Assembly (NCBI GenBank): GCA_017533565.1
Contig: JAFXHU010000015.1
Coordinates: 640 to 64,639, forward strand
Origin: Clostridia bacterium
GTDB taxonomy: Bacteria > Bacillota > Clostridia > Oscillospirales > CAG-272
Direction of reading: 5' to 3'
Length of the DNA stretch: 64,000 nucleotides
Part shown: positions 36,934 through 47,155 of the stretch, one piece after another
Numbering within the stretch: the stretch's first letter is position 1
How the letters are laid out: the number at the start of each line of letters is the position of its first letter
Translations under genes and position numbers: made by a program
The notes under the pieces: generated by a model
Told to the model about the DNA's origin: nothing
Databases searched by the model: none
Seen by the model: the letters and a program-made list of their open reading frames with translations, nothing else

Positions 36934-38865
36934 TTAATCCATTACCGTTTCGTAAAGAAGGAGAAGCTCCTCCTCTATCTCGCTCTTGCGCCTGTCTATC
37001 TCCGCTGCGCGAAGGTAATCGGTTGCCGCGGGACCGAAAAGCTCTCGGTCAAGAGCCTCAAGCTCCGCCTCAAGCTCCGCGATTTTCTTTTCCGCGCGCT
37101 CACGCTTTTTCTCGTCGCTTCGGCGCTTTGCCGCCTCGCGCTTCTTTTCCTCGTATTCCGCCTTGGAGTAGGTTGCCCTTTTCTCCGCGATAACGGGTGC
37201 TACGCTCCTGTGCGCTCCGCGCTTTTCCATATATTCCGCGAAGGCATCGTCGTCGCTTTCGAGAATATAATCGCGCATACCCCTTTCCATCGCGGGGTCA
37301 AGCTCAATTATTCTCGTTGCAACTCTGTTTATAAAATATCTGTCGTGCGAAACCGCGATTACCGTGCCCGGGAAGGCAATGAGCGCATCCTCGAGAGCCT
37401 CGCGCGAGCCGATGTCGAGGTGGTTGGTCGGCTCGTCCATCACGAGAAGGTTTACCTTCTTTAATATAAGCTTCGCAAGCGTAAGCCTCGCGCGCTCTCC
37501 GCCCGAAAGCTCCGATACCGATTTATCCATATCCTCCGCACCGAAAAGAAACAGGGCAAGCGTGCCGCGAAGCTCCGCGTCGGGTAGCGAGGGGTATTCG
37601 TCGCGCATCTCGGAAAACACGGTTTTTCCGTCGTGAAGTCCGCGGTTTTCCTGGTCGTAATAGCCTATTTTGATATTATATCCGAGCGTGATTTTGCCCG
37701 CGGTCGGAACGAGCATAAAATTTATAAGACGCATAAGCGTTGACTTTCCGCAGCCGTTTGGACCGAGAATCATTACGCGCTCGCCGCGCCTTACGAGAAA
37801 GGAAAGATTTGAAATAAGCGGACGCTGTCCGTATGAAAAGCAAAGCTCTTTTACCTCGCAAACGTCGCCCGCGCTTTCCTCCTTCGCCATAAAGCTCATA
37901 CGGATATCCTTCGGTGCCTTTGGCGCAAGCTCTACCTTTTCCATTCTCGCAAGCTGCTTTTCCTTTGAGCGTATCGTCACGAAATTATGCTCTCTGTTGC
38001 ACCTGCGCTGAAATTCTATATTCGCGCGGATTTTCGCAATCTGCTTTTGCTGCTCCTTGTACCGCTTTTCAAGGCTTGCCGCCTCCGCCATCTGCTGGTC
38101 CTTGCATTTTGAGTAGGAGCCGTTATACATTCTCGCTACCCCGTATTGAAGGTGAAGCGTCTTTTCTGTCGTGCGGTCAAGGAAATATCTGTCGTGCGAA
38201 ATTATAAGCACGGTTTTTTTGTAGCTTGCAATATATCCCTCCAGCCATTCGAGCGCATCGACGTCAAGGTGGTTGGTCGGCTCGTCGAGCATAAGTATAT
38301 CAGGCTCTGTTGCAAGAAGCCGCGCAAGGGCGAGGCGCGTGTACTGTCCACCCGAAAGCGTGCGGATTTCGCGCTCTATCATCTCCGCATCAAAGCCGAG
38401 GCGCAAAAGCATTCCGCGACAGCGGGAGCGAAATTCAAGACCGCCGCCCGCCGAAAACTCTCGGTTTTGCTCGTTAAGCCTGTCGGTAAGGCGTGCAATT
38501 TCCCCTTGGTCGCCGTTACGCGCCGCAAGCGAGAGAAGCTCCTCCGTCCTTGCGATTTCCTTTTCAAGAGAAAGCAGGGCGGGGAATGCCGTAAACATAT
38601 ATTCAAGACAGGAAAGCCCCGCGGGAAGCGCGGTAAGGCTCGGGTTTTGCTCGAGCATACCCACCGTGTGACCCTTTTGAATGTAAACCGCGCCCGAGTC
38701 GGGCTCGCTCACCCCTGCCAAAATTTTGAAAAGCGAGGTTTTTCCCGCACCGTTTACGCCGATGATGCCGACTCTGTCCCCGTCGTTGACCGAAAAGGAT
38801 ATGTCCTTTAAAATTACGTCCGTGCCGAAGGCGAGATTGATTTTTTCGGTTGAAAGAGCTATCAT
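36934..38865 (-). CDS. ABC-F family ATPase
   Basis: Two ABC cassettes (GVNGAGKT, LSGGQ, DEPTNHLD; GPNGCGKS, LSGGE), no TM, C-terminal coiled coil. Confidence 0.93.
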   Translation of the reverse strand: MIALSTEKINLAFGTDVILKDISFSVNDGDRVGIIGVNGAGKTSLFKILAGVSEPDSGAVYIQKGHTVGMLEQNPSLTALPAGLSCLEYMFTAFPALLSLEKEIARTEELLSLAARNGDQGEIARLTDRLNEQNREFSAGGGLEFRSRCRGMLLRLGFDAEMIEREIRTLSGGQYTRLALARLLATEPDILMLDEPTNHLDVDALEWLEGYIASYKKTVLIISHDRYFLDRTTEKTLHLQYGVARMYNGSYSKCKDQQMAEAASLEKRYKEQQKQIAKIRANIEFQRRCNREHNFVTIRSKEKQLARMEKVELAPKAPKDIRMSFMAKEESAGDVCEVKELCFSYGQRPLISNLSFLVRRGERVMILGPNGCGKSTLMRLINFMLVPTAGKITLGYNIKIGYYDQENRGLHDGKTVFSEMRDEYPSLPDAELRGTLALFLFGAEDMDKSVSELSGGERARLTLAKLILKKVNLLVMDEPTNHLDIGSREALEDALIAFPGTVIAVSHDRYFINRVATRIIELDPAMERGMRDYILESDDDAFAEYMEKRGAHRSVAPVIAEKRATYSKAEYEEKKREAAKRRSDEKKRERAEKKIAELEAELEALDRELFGPAATDYLRAAEIDRRKSEIEEELLLLYETVMD

Positions 38866-38979
38866 ATCCGCCCTCCTTTTAAATTAAGACTAAAGGTAAA
38901 TAAACTAAAATAAGCAAATACCAATTGATATTTTAGCATTTTGAGACTTATTTGTCAAGAAACGAATAAATTTTGAATT

Positions 38980-38997
38980 TATGAATAAATATTCATT
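38980..38997. promoter_or_regulatory. ARG box (ArgR operator)
   Basis: TATGAATAAATATTCATT matches WNTGAATWWWWATTCANW. Confidence 0.6.
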
Positions 38998-39290
38998 GCA
39001 TAAACAGTCACAATATGCACTTTTAAACGGAAAAATGTACAAAAATCGCGAAAAAGCGGAGCAAACAACTCGGTTTCGGAGGGAAAAACGTTACAACCGA
39101 CCCCAAGCTTGAGTAATATATTCAATGAATATTCATAGTATCGTACAAAATATTTTCCGCAAAAATATCTAAAATTAAATGAAGAAATCGGGTAAAAGCC
39201 GCCTTGGGCGGAAATGAGAGGGGCTAATAATTGATTTTGATGCAGCTGTGTTTGTTAAATATGCACAAAAACCACCCACGCAACTCCCTT

Positions 39291-39329
39291 TATGAATAAA
39301 AATGCAACAAAAATGAATTTTATTGCAAA
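39291..39329. promoter_or_regulatory. Tandem ARG boxes
   Basis: TATGAATAAAAATGCAAC-3 bp-AATGAATTTTATTGCAAA, the classic ArgR geometry, next to the -35. Confidence 0.7.
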
Positions 39330-39335
39330 AAAGTA

Positions 39336-39364
39336 TTGACTTTGCGAAAAAGCGGGAGTATAAT
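39336..39364 (+). promoter_or_regulatory. Sigma-A promoter of the amino-acid ABC operon
   Basis: TTGACT-17 bp-TATAAT. Confidence 0.8.
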
Positions 39365-39416
39365 TATGCCATAACAAAAAAACCACGCGGCACCGCCGCA
39401 GAAAGAAGAAACCAAA

Positions 39417-40319
39417 ATGAAAAAGATTATTTCGCTTATACTTGTTGCCGTGCTTGCACTTTTTGCACTCTGCTCCTGCAAGAAAACCTCGGAGGATACT
39501 CCCTCCGCCGCATACGATAAGGCAATGCAGGCTATCGGCTACAACGCCGACGACTATACCGAAACTCTCACCGTTGCAATCTCTCCCGACTTTGCACCTA
39601 TGGAGTTCTACGACACTGCAAAGGATACCATCGTCGGCTTCGACGTTCTTCTCGCAACCTTCCTTGCGAAGGAGCTTGGTATGAAGCTCGTGCTTGACCC
39701 GATGTCCTTCGACGCTTGTATGGCTGCCGTTTCCTCGGGAAATGCCGACCTTGCTATTTCGGGCTTCTCCTGGACCGCAGACCGTGCGGAAACCTTCCTT
39801 ATCTCCGACTATTACGTAGCGGGAGAGAATGAAACCGAGCAAATTCTTATCACCACCGCCGACAACAAGGACACCTTCACCGCGGGCAAGACCGACTTCT
39901 CGGGACTTAAAATCGGTGCGCAGGGCGGCTCCTTGCAGGAGCTTCTCGTAAAGGAGCAGCTCGTTACGAAGGGCGCAACCCTGGAGCTTTTCGACAACAT
40001 CAACACCGCGGCTACCGCCCTTGCTACCGGAGATATCGACGCTCTTGCGGTTGCTTACGGTAACGGCGAGGCTCTTGCAAACGATACTATCGTTCTTTCC
40101 GACTACTACTTTGAGGTGGACGAAAAGTACAAGAACAACGTCGTTCTTCTCAACAAGGAGGATGCGGAGCTTCTTGAGGCAGTAAATACCGCGCTTGCAA
40201 AGGCAATGGATGCAAACCTTTACGACCCCTGGTACGAGGCTTGCCAGATTTACGCAGAGGTAAAGACCGCCGACGAGCTTGGCTATGACGACGAGGGTAA
40301 CAAGATTACCGAGGAATAA
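39417..40319 (+). CDS. Polar amino-acid ABC transporter substrate-binding lipoprotein (probably arginine)
   Basis: Lipobox LCSC; SPDFAPMEF, GFDV.LA and ADLAISG motifs; upstream ARG boxes. Confidence 0.9.
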   Translation: MKKIISLILVAVLALFALCSCKKTSEDTPSAAYDKAMQAIGYNADDYTETLTVAISPDFAPMEFYDTAKDTIVGFDVLLATFLAKELGMKLVLDPMSFDACMAAVSSGNADLAISGFSWTADRAETFLISDYYVAGENETEQILITTADNKDTFTAGKTDFSGLKIGAQGGSLQELLVKEQLVTKGATLELFDNINTAATALATGDIDALAVAYGNGEALANDTIVLSDYYFEVDEKYKNNVVLLNKEDAELLEAVNTALAKAMDANLYDPWYEACQIYAEVKTADELGYDDEGNKITEE

Positions 40320-40398
40320 ATAAAGTGCCGCCGCACCTCCTTTGGGGAGTTACGGCGGCACGCGTTGCGTAAAAAACTGAATTTAAACGGAGAAAAAT

Positions 40399-41091
40399 AT
40401 GTATTTAATCACTCTTGCGGAGGATATGGGCAAGATTTTTGTCAAGTACTGGGATATGTTTTTGATAAAGGGCTTGAGTGCTACTATCCTCCTCTCGCTG
40501 CTTACCGTGGTTTGCGGTACGCTTCTCGGGGCAATTTTTGCCGTAATAAAAATAAGCAGGGTAAAGGCGTTGAGCTGGATAATCAGCGCAGTTGTGGAGG
40601 TTATTCGCGGCACGCCGATGCTTTTACAGCTTTACATAAGCACCTTTCTTATCCCGGTTATAGTTCCCGCAATGAACGAGCTTGAAAACAAGAAGCTCAT
40701 TTGTATTGCTCTAACGCTCATTCTCAACAGCGCGGCGTACGTTTCGGAGATTATTCGCTCGGGTATAGAGGCGGTTGATAAGGGACAAAGCGAGGCGGCA
40801 CGAAGCCTTGGACTTACGTCAAGGACCGCGATGCTGCAAATCGTATTTCCACAGGCGATAAAGAATATCCTTCCCGCCCTCGGTAACGAGTTTATCACCG
40901 TTATAAAGGAAACCTCGCTTGCCTCCACCTTCTACGTTGGTGAGCTTATGACACAGTATCACAAGATTGTCGGAACAACCCACAATCCGTTGCCTATTCT
41001 TATGATAATAGGTATCATTTATTTCGTTTTGAACTTTGTTCTTTCAAAGGGACTTGGCGTGTTTGAAAGGAGGATGAAGGCAAGTGCATAA
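40399..41091 (+). CDS. Amino-acid ABC transporter permease
   Basis: [34 protein letters not shown] and IKETSL. Confidence 0.93.
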   Translation: MYLITLAEDMGKIFVKYWDMFLIKGLSATILLSLLTVVCGTLLGAIFAVIKISRVKALSWIISAVVEVIRGTPMLLQLYISTFLIPVIVPAMNELENKKLICIALTLILNSAAYVSEIIRSGIEAVDKGQSEAARSLGLTSRTAMLQIVFPQAIKNILPALGNEFITVIKETSLASTFYVGELMTQYHKIVGTTHNPLPILMIIGIIYFVLNFVLSKGLGVFERRMKASA

Positions 41092-42025
41092 TTCCGAAAA
41101 CATCATCGAAATAAAGGGACTTTATAAATCCTTCGGAAAGCTTGAGGTCCTAAAGGGCGTTTCCACCGAAATTAAAAAGGGAGAGGTCGTTGCGGTTATC
41201 GGAGCGTCAGGCTCGGGCAAATCCACCATACTGCGCTGTATGAACCTTCTCGAAGCTCCGACCTTCGGAGAGGTTTGGATGCAGGGACAGCTTCTCACTC
41301 CCGTTGACCCGTACCTCCACCCCGAGGTAATTGGACTGTCAAACACCTACAAACGGCTGATTGCGGGCGGACTTTCCCACGCCGAAGCTATTGCACAGAT
41401 AAAGTCGGAGGACCTTCTCAACGAGAAATTCGCCGTTGCGGAGGGAAAGGCATACAAGGCAAAGATTAAAGAAATTTACAAGGAAAATCACATTGATATA
41501 AACCTCGCCCGCCAGAAAATGGGAATGGTTTTCCAGCAGTTTAATCTCTTTAATAACAAAACCGTATTGGATAACATAACTCTCGCTCCGCTTAAAACGG
41601 GACTTTACGGCGGGACGAAGGCGGAGGCAAAGGCTGTGGCGCAAAAGCGCGCGCTTGAGCTTCTCGAGCGTATAGGACTTGCCGAAAAGGCGGACTCCTA
41701 TCCCTCCACCCTTTCGGGCGGACAAAAGCAGAGAATTGCCATAGTGCGCGCACTCGCAATGAACCCCGACGTCATACTTTTCGACGAGCCGACGAGCGCA
41801 CTCGACCCCGAAATGGTAGGAGAGGTGCTTGACCTTATGAAGCGGCTTGCCAACGAGGGAATGACGATGGTTATCGTTACCCACGAAATGGGCTTCGCAC
41901 GCGAGGTGGCGGATAGAATTATCTTCGTTGACGAGGGCGTTATAGCGGAGCAGGGCACTCCCGCCGAGGTTTTTGGCAATCCCCAAAATCCGCGTCTTAA
42001 GGAATTTCTTTCAAAGGTTTTGTAA
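41084..42025 (+). CDS. Amino-acid ABC transporter ATPase (GlnQ-type) with internal insertion
   Basis: [26 protein letters not shown] and [11 protein letters not shown]. Confidence 0.93.
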   Translation: MHNSENIIEIKGLYKSFGKLEVLKGVSTEIKKGEVVAVIGASGSGKSTILRCMNLLEAPTFGEVWMQGQLLTPVDPYLHPEVIGLSNTYKRLIAGGLSHAEAIAQIKSEDLLNEKFAVAEGKAYKAKIKEIYKENHIDINLARQKMGMVFQQFNLFNNKTVLDNITLAPLKTGLYGGTKAEAKAVAQKRALELLERIGLAEKADSYPSTLSGGQKQRIAIVRALAMNPDVILFDEPTSALDPEMVGEVLDLMKRLANEGMTMVIVTHEMGFAREVADRIIFVDEGVIAEQGTPAEVFGNPQNPRLKEFLSKVL

Positions 42026-42092
42026 ACCGCCAAAGCCCGCGGCTTTTCGGGCTTTTAAGGCTTTATTAACCGCCAAAGCCGGCGGATTATTG

Positions 42093-42122
42093 AAGGACGG
42101 CAATTGCTTGCCGTCCTTTTTT
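42093..42122 (+). terminator. Intrinsic terminator
   Basis: AAGGACGGCAA-TTGC-TTGCCGTCCTT followed by a T run. Confidence 0.8.
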
Positions 42123-42249
42123 GTGCGAAATATATTGATTTAATAAAGGAAAAAGTCAAAATAGTGCTACTTTTTCACAAAATAGATATTGAAAAGGCAA
42201 AACCGCTTATGTATAATGAATTTAGAAATATTTTATTTTGGAGGCTTAT

Positions 42250-43428
42250 ATGGCAAACATTCTCGATGCTTTTAAGGAAAATCAGACCGAAACCGTCGTT
42301 GACACCACGAAAAAGGTGCGCGTCGGTATTATCGGAACGGGTTGGATTGCGGATGCTCACATCGCGTCCTATCTCAAATGCCCCGACGTTGAAATCGTTG
42401 CGGGTGCGGACCTTATCCCCGGAAAGGCGGAGGCGTTCTTCAAGAAACACGGCGTAAAGGTAATCAGATGCGATTATAAGGACGGAGAGGAAATGGTAAA
42501 CGACAAATCCCTCGCTCTTGACGCGGTTTCGATTTGTACCTATAACCGTCAGCACGCGCCCTGTGCTATTCAGGCACTCAAGGCGGGAGTGCACGTTCTT
42601 CTCGAAAAGCCCTTTACCGTTACCACGGAGGAGGCAATCGAGGTTATGAGAGCAGAGAAGGAAAGCGGAAAGATTCTTTCCATAGGCTTCCAGCCGCGTC
42701 TTGACCCCAATATGATTATGGTAAAGGATATTGTACAGTCGGGCGTCCTCGGCGACGTTTACTACGTACAGACGGGCGGCGGCCGCCGTCGCGGAATCCC
42801 CACCCCCTTCGGTACTACGTTTATCGAGGACGAAACCGCGGGCCTTGGCGCACTTGCCGACATCGGCTGCTATTCTCTCGATATGGTGCTTAACGCTCTC
42901 GGTTATCCGAAGCCCCTCACCGTTACGGGCTACAAGTCCAATTTCTTCGGCACCGACCCGAATTACATAGGCTACAAGCAGTGCGGTCACCCCGAATATT
43001 ACGAAAAGTTCGGTGTTGACGACTTTGCTGCAGGCTTTATCCGCCTTGAAAACGGTACGGTTATCGACTTCCGTATCGCGTGGGCAATGAACCTTGACAC
43101 CTCGGGCGATACCATTCTTTACGGCACGAAGGGAAGCCTTCGTATCCCCTCTACCGAGTGCTGGAACGGCTCGGTCGGCGGCGACCTTGTTATCTATCAC
43201 GAGGTTGCGGGCAAGCAGGTTGAAACCGTTATTCCTCAAATTAAGGAAGCTCCCAACGCCCCCACCAACTTTGACAGAAAGATTCGTACCTTTGTTGACG
43301 CGGTTAAAAACGGAGGAAAGGCTCCCGTTCCCTCGTCCGAGATTATTTATAACCAGGCAATCCTCGACGGCATTGCAAAATCCGCAGTCCTTGGCCGTGA
43401 GGTTGTAATCGAGGTTCCTGAGGTTTAA
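42250..43428 (+). CDS. Gfo/Idh/MocA oxidoreductase
   Basis: RVGIIGTGWIA, LDAVSICT, HVLLEKP and G.LADIGCY. Confidence 0.92.
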   Translation: MANILDAFKENQTETVVDTTKKVRVGIIGTGWIADAHIASYLKCPDVEIVAGADLIPGKAEAFFKKHGVKVIRCDYKDGEEMVNDKSLALDAVSICTYNRQHAPCAIQALKAGVHVLLEKPFTVTTEEAIEVMRAEKESGKILSIGFQPRLDPNMIMVKDIVQSGVLGDVYYVQTGGGRRRGIPTPFGTTFIEDETAGLGALADIGCYSLDMVLNALGYPKPLTVTGYKSNFFGTDPNYIGYKQCGHPEYYEKFGVDDFAAGFIRLENGTVIDFRIAWAMNLDTSGDTILYGTKGSLRIPSTECWNGSVGGDLVIYHEVAGKQVETVIPQIKEAPNAPTNFDRKIRTFVDAVKNGGKAPVPSSEIIYNQAILDGIAKSAVLGREVVIEVPEV

Positions 43429-43564
43429 TTTTTAAAGCCTTAATACCCTCTAATCCCGCGACGGATTACGAAAATACGCGCACCCGTGTCAAATTAAAGC
43501 GCGGGTGCGCCGATTTAAACACACCGATTTGGTGTAAATAATTATTTACATAACGGAGATTATT

Positions 43565-44407
43565 ATGAAAAAGTTTAAGATTGGTATTCAGCTTTACGGT
43601 GTAAAGCACGCAATGGCGGCGGACTTTGACGGCACGCTGTAGGCTATTGCTGATATGGGCTACGAGTACGTTGAGTTTGCAGGCTATCACGGCAAGACGG
43701 CAGAGGAGCTTGTCGCTGCTCTTAACAAATACGGTCTTAAGTGCGTATCCGTACACCAGAATATAGATTTCTTTGACGAAAATCCGCAAGAAAAGGTTGA
43801 TTTCCTCAAGGCATTCGGCACAAAATATTCCATAATTCCGTGGTGTAGCACGGATAAGCTTGCGGGAAGCCCCGAATGGGAGGAAACCAAGCAAAGGTTT
43901 ATCGCGGTGGCAGAGCTTCTTGACAAAAACGGTATGAAGCTCGGATATCACAACCACGACTTTGAGTTTACGAATAAATTTGAAGGTAAAACCCTCCACG
44001 ACCATATCGTAGAGGCACTTCCCGCCGACAAATTCGAGCCGCAGCTTGATACCTGCTGGGTACATTACGCGGGCATCAACCCCGTTGAAAAAATCCGCGA
44101 ATTCAGCGGCAGAGTTACCGTCGTCCATCTTAAGGATTTCGTTTGCAAAAACCTTGCGGGCGGACCTGTTTACGCGCTTATCGATACCGAAGGAAATGCC
44201 AAGGGCGGCGGCGACCGCAGCGAAAGCGGCTTTGAATACCGTACCCTCGGTCAGGGGCTTCAGGACGTAAAAGCAATCCTTGAGGCTTGCGAGGAGTGCG
44301 GCACAGAGTACGTTATAGTAGAGCAGGACGACCCCTCGCAGGGACTTTCCGAGCTTGAATGTGCAAAGGCATCACGTGACTACCTTCGCGAGGCATTTGG
44401 TATCTAA
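43565..44407 (+). pseudogene. Sugar phosphate isomerase/epimerase (xylose-isomerase-like TIM barrel) interrupted by in-frame TAG at codon 26
   Basis: GGAG RBS + ATG 43565: MKKFKIGIQLYGVKHAMAADFDGTL*AIADMGYEYVEFAG...YHNHDFEF...LDTCW..HLKD..VEQD. Confidence 0.7.
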
Positions 44408-44498
44408 ACGGAATACACGCCTTCTGTATAGGGTGGATGTACCACCCCGTGTTAAAATAATCCGATTTTAAGGTTAACAAAACGTTACTTTTGAATTG

Positions 44499-44537
44499 AA
44501 AAAAGGAGCAGATTTCGGTCTGCTCCTTTGTTTTTTT
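44499..44537. terminator. Bidirectional terminator
   Basis: AAAAAAGGAGCAGA-TTTCGG-TCTGCTCCTTTGTTTTTTT. Confidence 0.8.
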
Positions 44538-44548
44538 AGCCCTTTGGC

Positions 44549-45376
44549 TTATATCTCAACCTCAAGTCCGTCGTAGGTCACGCCAAAGCCGTGCCTTGCC
44601 GCTATTTTTACAAACTCCTCGTGGGTTGCAAGTCCGTTGTGGCTGAAATGATTTACGTAAACCGCGGTGTCCTTGTCACATGCACCGATTTCTATAAGCC
44701 TTTCAAAAAGCTCTACGTCAACGTCAAGCGACATATGGTGGTCGCGAGTGCCCTTAATAAGCATTGACGTGCAATCAAGCGAAATGTAATCAAAGCGTAT
44801 GCCGAGGCTTTTGATATAATCAAGCGTTTCGTCAAACAAAAAGCCTGTGTCGTTTGCGTAAAGAATTGACTTTCCGTTATGCTCGATTGCGTAAATTACG
44901 GGGTTTGCTGCGGGGTCGTGATTTGCGCGAAGTGGAATAATGCGGTAATCCTCTATCCAAAACGGCTCAAACTCCTTGATTTCGTGGAATTTTAACCTCG
45001 CGCAATCTACGTCGGCACCAAAAAATTCCTTCGCCCTTCGGTATCCCGCCGAGGTAAGGTAAACGTGGAGCGCTTTCTCCTCTATTTCGTTTGCAATGCT
45101 CGGAAGCCTGCACCAAAAATCCCTTTCAAAAAGGTGGTCAAAGTGCGAGTGAGTGATGATACAGTGACGAATTTGGCGGAGGTCGAGTCCGTAGTTAAGC
45201 ACGTGCATATACGTATCGGGCGGAAAGTCTATAAGAATTTTTCCGTCGAGCAGCGCTTGGCTTCTCGTCTTTATCTCCTTGCCCCTTTTCTCAAGGGCGT
45301 TTTTGCATATTCGACAGTTACAGAAAAGACCGGGAATGCCCTCCGCCGCCGCAGTGCCGAAATATTTGAGCTTCAT
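44549..45376 (-). CDS. Metallo-beta-lactamase fold hydrolase (PhnP-like)
   Basis: GTAAAEG.P..FC.C..C, THSHFDH and NHFSH. Confidence 0.85.
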   Translation of the reverse strand: MKLKYFGTAAAEGIPGLFCNCRICKNALEKRGKEIKTRSQALLDGKILIDFPPDTYMHVLNYGLDLRQIRHCIITHSHFDHLFERDFWCRLPSIANEIEEKALHVYLTSAGYRRAKEFFGADVDCARLKFHEIKEFEPFWIEDYRIIPLRANHDPAANPVIYAIEHNGKSILYANDTGFLFDETLDYIKSLGIRFDYISLDCTSMLIKGTRDHHMSLDVDVELFERLIEIGACDKDTAVYVNHFSHNGLATHEEFVKIAARHGFGVTYDGLEVEI

Positions 45377-45426
45377 AATTTCACCGCCTTTATCTTTTAA
45401 AATTAATCTTTACTTTGTGCCGTGAG

Positions 45427-46935
45427 TCAGGAGTAAATCGGGAACGAGATGTAAATGGGCGAAAGCCTTTCGTTAAAGCTGATTTCAAGTAGAATTTTTG
45501 ACACGGGTGCGGGGTTTTCGGGTACAACAATGGTGAAATCGCACTCCTTTCTTCCGCAGGTGTGGGGGTTAAAATCGGGCACGAAAAGCGTTTTTGGCCC
45601 CTCTACCTTAAATCCGTCGGGGATTATCCAACGGAAGTTTGCCGTTCGCGGTGCCGACTCGAAATAGCATTTCGATTCAATAAGAAGATGAACGCCGATT
45701 TCCTTATTTCTGCTTGCGTCCGGCTCGCACCCAAGCGAAAGCGTCGCGTTTGCAAGATTGGATTCGCCGTATGCCGTATAGGGGCGCAGGCACTCAAGCT
45801 CCTTTGCCACCCTTCCGCGACAAAGCTCAAGAAGTCGGCCATAGGTATCCTCGGCAATCTCGTCCCCGACACCAAGCTCTACGCCAAGCTCGAAAAACAC
45901 TCCCGTATATCCCCAGTTGGTGTATCTTGTTGAATTTGCGTGAAGCGCGAAGGGCGCGATTCTTACTATTCTTTCGGTAAGCTCGGTACAGGTCTTCGGA
46001 AAATAAGAGCCGTTTGACGACTTCACAAGCGAGATAGTAACGATATCGTCGCCGATATGACGGCGCCAGTCCTCGGGGATTCCCGCCATACCGTAAAGAA
46101 TACCCATTGTCGCGCCGACGGTTGCCGCGGTGCAGTCGGTATCGTCGCCGCAGTTGATTGCGGTAATCATCGACTTTTTGAAATCCCCCTCTCCCCAAAG
46201 AAGTCCGATAACCGCGTAGGTTACGTTGGACGGAGCCTCAAACCAGCCGTTTCCGATATCCGCATTAAGCTTTTGAACCTCGTTCCTTGCGGCAAGCCAA
46301 TCCGTCCCCGCCTCGTAAAGGTCAAGCACAAAGCGAATGCTTTTTGCCATTCTCGATTCCGCGGGAATAGCCGAAAGGCCGATTTCAATACATTTTTTGA
46401 GCTCGGGAACGGCGAATGCCGCCGACTGCATAGCCGCGACGAAAGCCGCCGCAAACGTACCCTCTCCCGCGCCGTGGTCAACCATAGCATCGGTTGCCGC
46501 ATATTTTGCCGCCGCGTGGGGAAGTGCGGGGCAAACGGTCGCCCAAATTTCGGTACGTATCCACGCACCGTTGGAGTTTTGCCAATCGTTGTCGTAATCG
46601 CCCGACATCGGCGGGGGAAGTCCGCGCCTCATATTTGCCTTTCCTATACCGTACTCATTCCAATGGGGAACAATGTAGGAAAGCCAAAACTCGCCGAGAA
46701 GCTCGGGTGTTATCGCATACGGCCCGTATTGCTCGAGCGCGTAAAGCCAGGCAAGCTGTAAATCAAGGTCATCGTTCGGAAGGACGACTCCCTCCTCGGT
46801 TACGAAGCCCTCTACGTCGAGAACCTCGCGCTTGCCCTCATAGGGCGCGCCCATCGTCCCGCCGATGTTTTTCCCGATAAAGCAGGCGTAAACCTTGTCA
46901 CGGTATGCCTCTTTGTCAAGCGTAATTTTAATCAT
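45427..46935 (-). CDS. ADP-ribosylglycohydrolase-family protein
   Basis: GKNIGGTMGAPYEG, NDDLD, SNGAWIR and G.DTDC.AATVG. Confidence 0.88.
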   Translation of the reverse strand: MIKITLDKEAYRDKVYACFIGKNIGGTMGAPYEGKREVLDVEGFVTEEGVVLPNDDLDLQLAWLYALEQYGPYAITPELLGEFWLSYIVPHWNEYGIGKANMRRGLPPPMSGDYDNDWQNSNGAWIRTEIWATVCPALPHAAAKYAATDAMVDHGAGEGTFAAAFVAAMQSAAFAVPELKKCIEIGLSAIPAESRMAKSIRFVLDLYEAGTDWLAARNEVQKLNADIGNGWFEAPSNVTYAVIGLLWGEGDFKKSMITAINCGDDTDCTAATVGATMGILYGMAGIPEDWRRHIGDDIVTISLVKSSNGSYFPKTCTELTERIVRIAPFALHANSTRYTNWGYTGVFFELGVELGVGDEIAEDTYGRLLELCRGRVAKELECLRPYTAYGESNLANATLSLGCEPDASRNKEIGVHLLIESKCYFESAPRTANFRWIIPDGFKVEGPKTLFVPDFNPHTCGRKECDFTIVVPENPAPVSKILLEISFNERLSPIYISFPIYS

Positions 46936-47155
46936 TTCAAGCCACTCCTCGTTTGGGATTTATCGAGTAAATCATACATTAAATGTCACCGAAATGCAAT
47001 ATAAAGGTTTAAAAAAGGAACAAAACGCAAACCTGTGTTTAAAAAACGCAATTACGGTTATTAAAAGCAGCGCCCTCCGAAAAAAGGACACCGCTTGTTT
47101 TGTTATTGAGCTATCGAATAATTTCCGCTTTTCGGCGGCCCGTTAGGTTGTGAAA

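Noticed and set aside
43640-43642. Genome-wide TAG recoding or pyrrolysine
   Set aside because: TAG is the real stop of mnmE (after the conserved FCVGK) and of the gene ending at 21709; no pyl genes in the window
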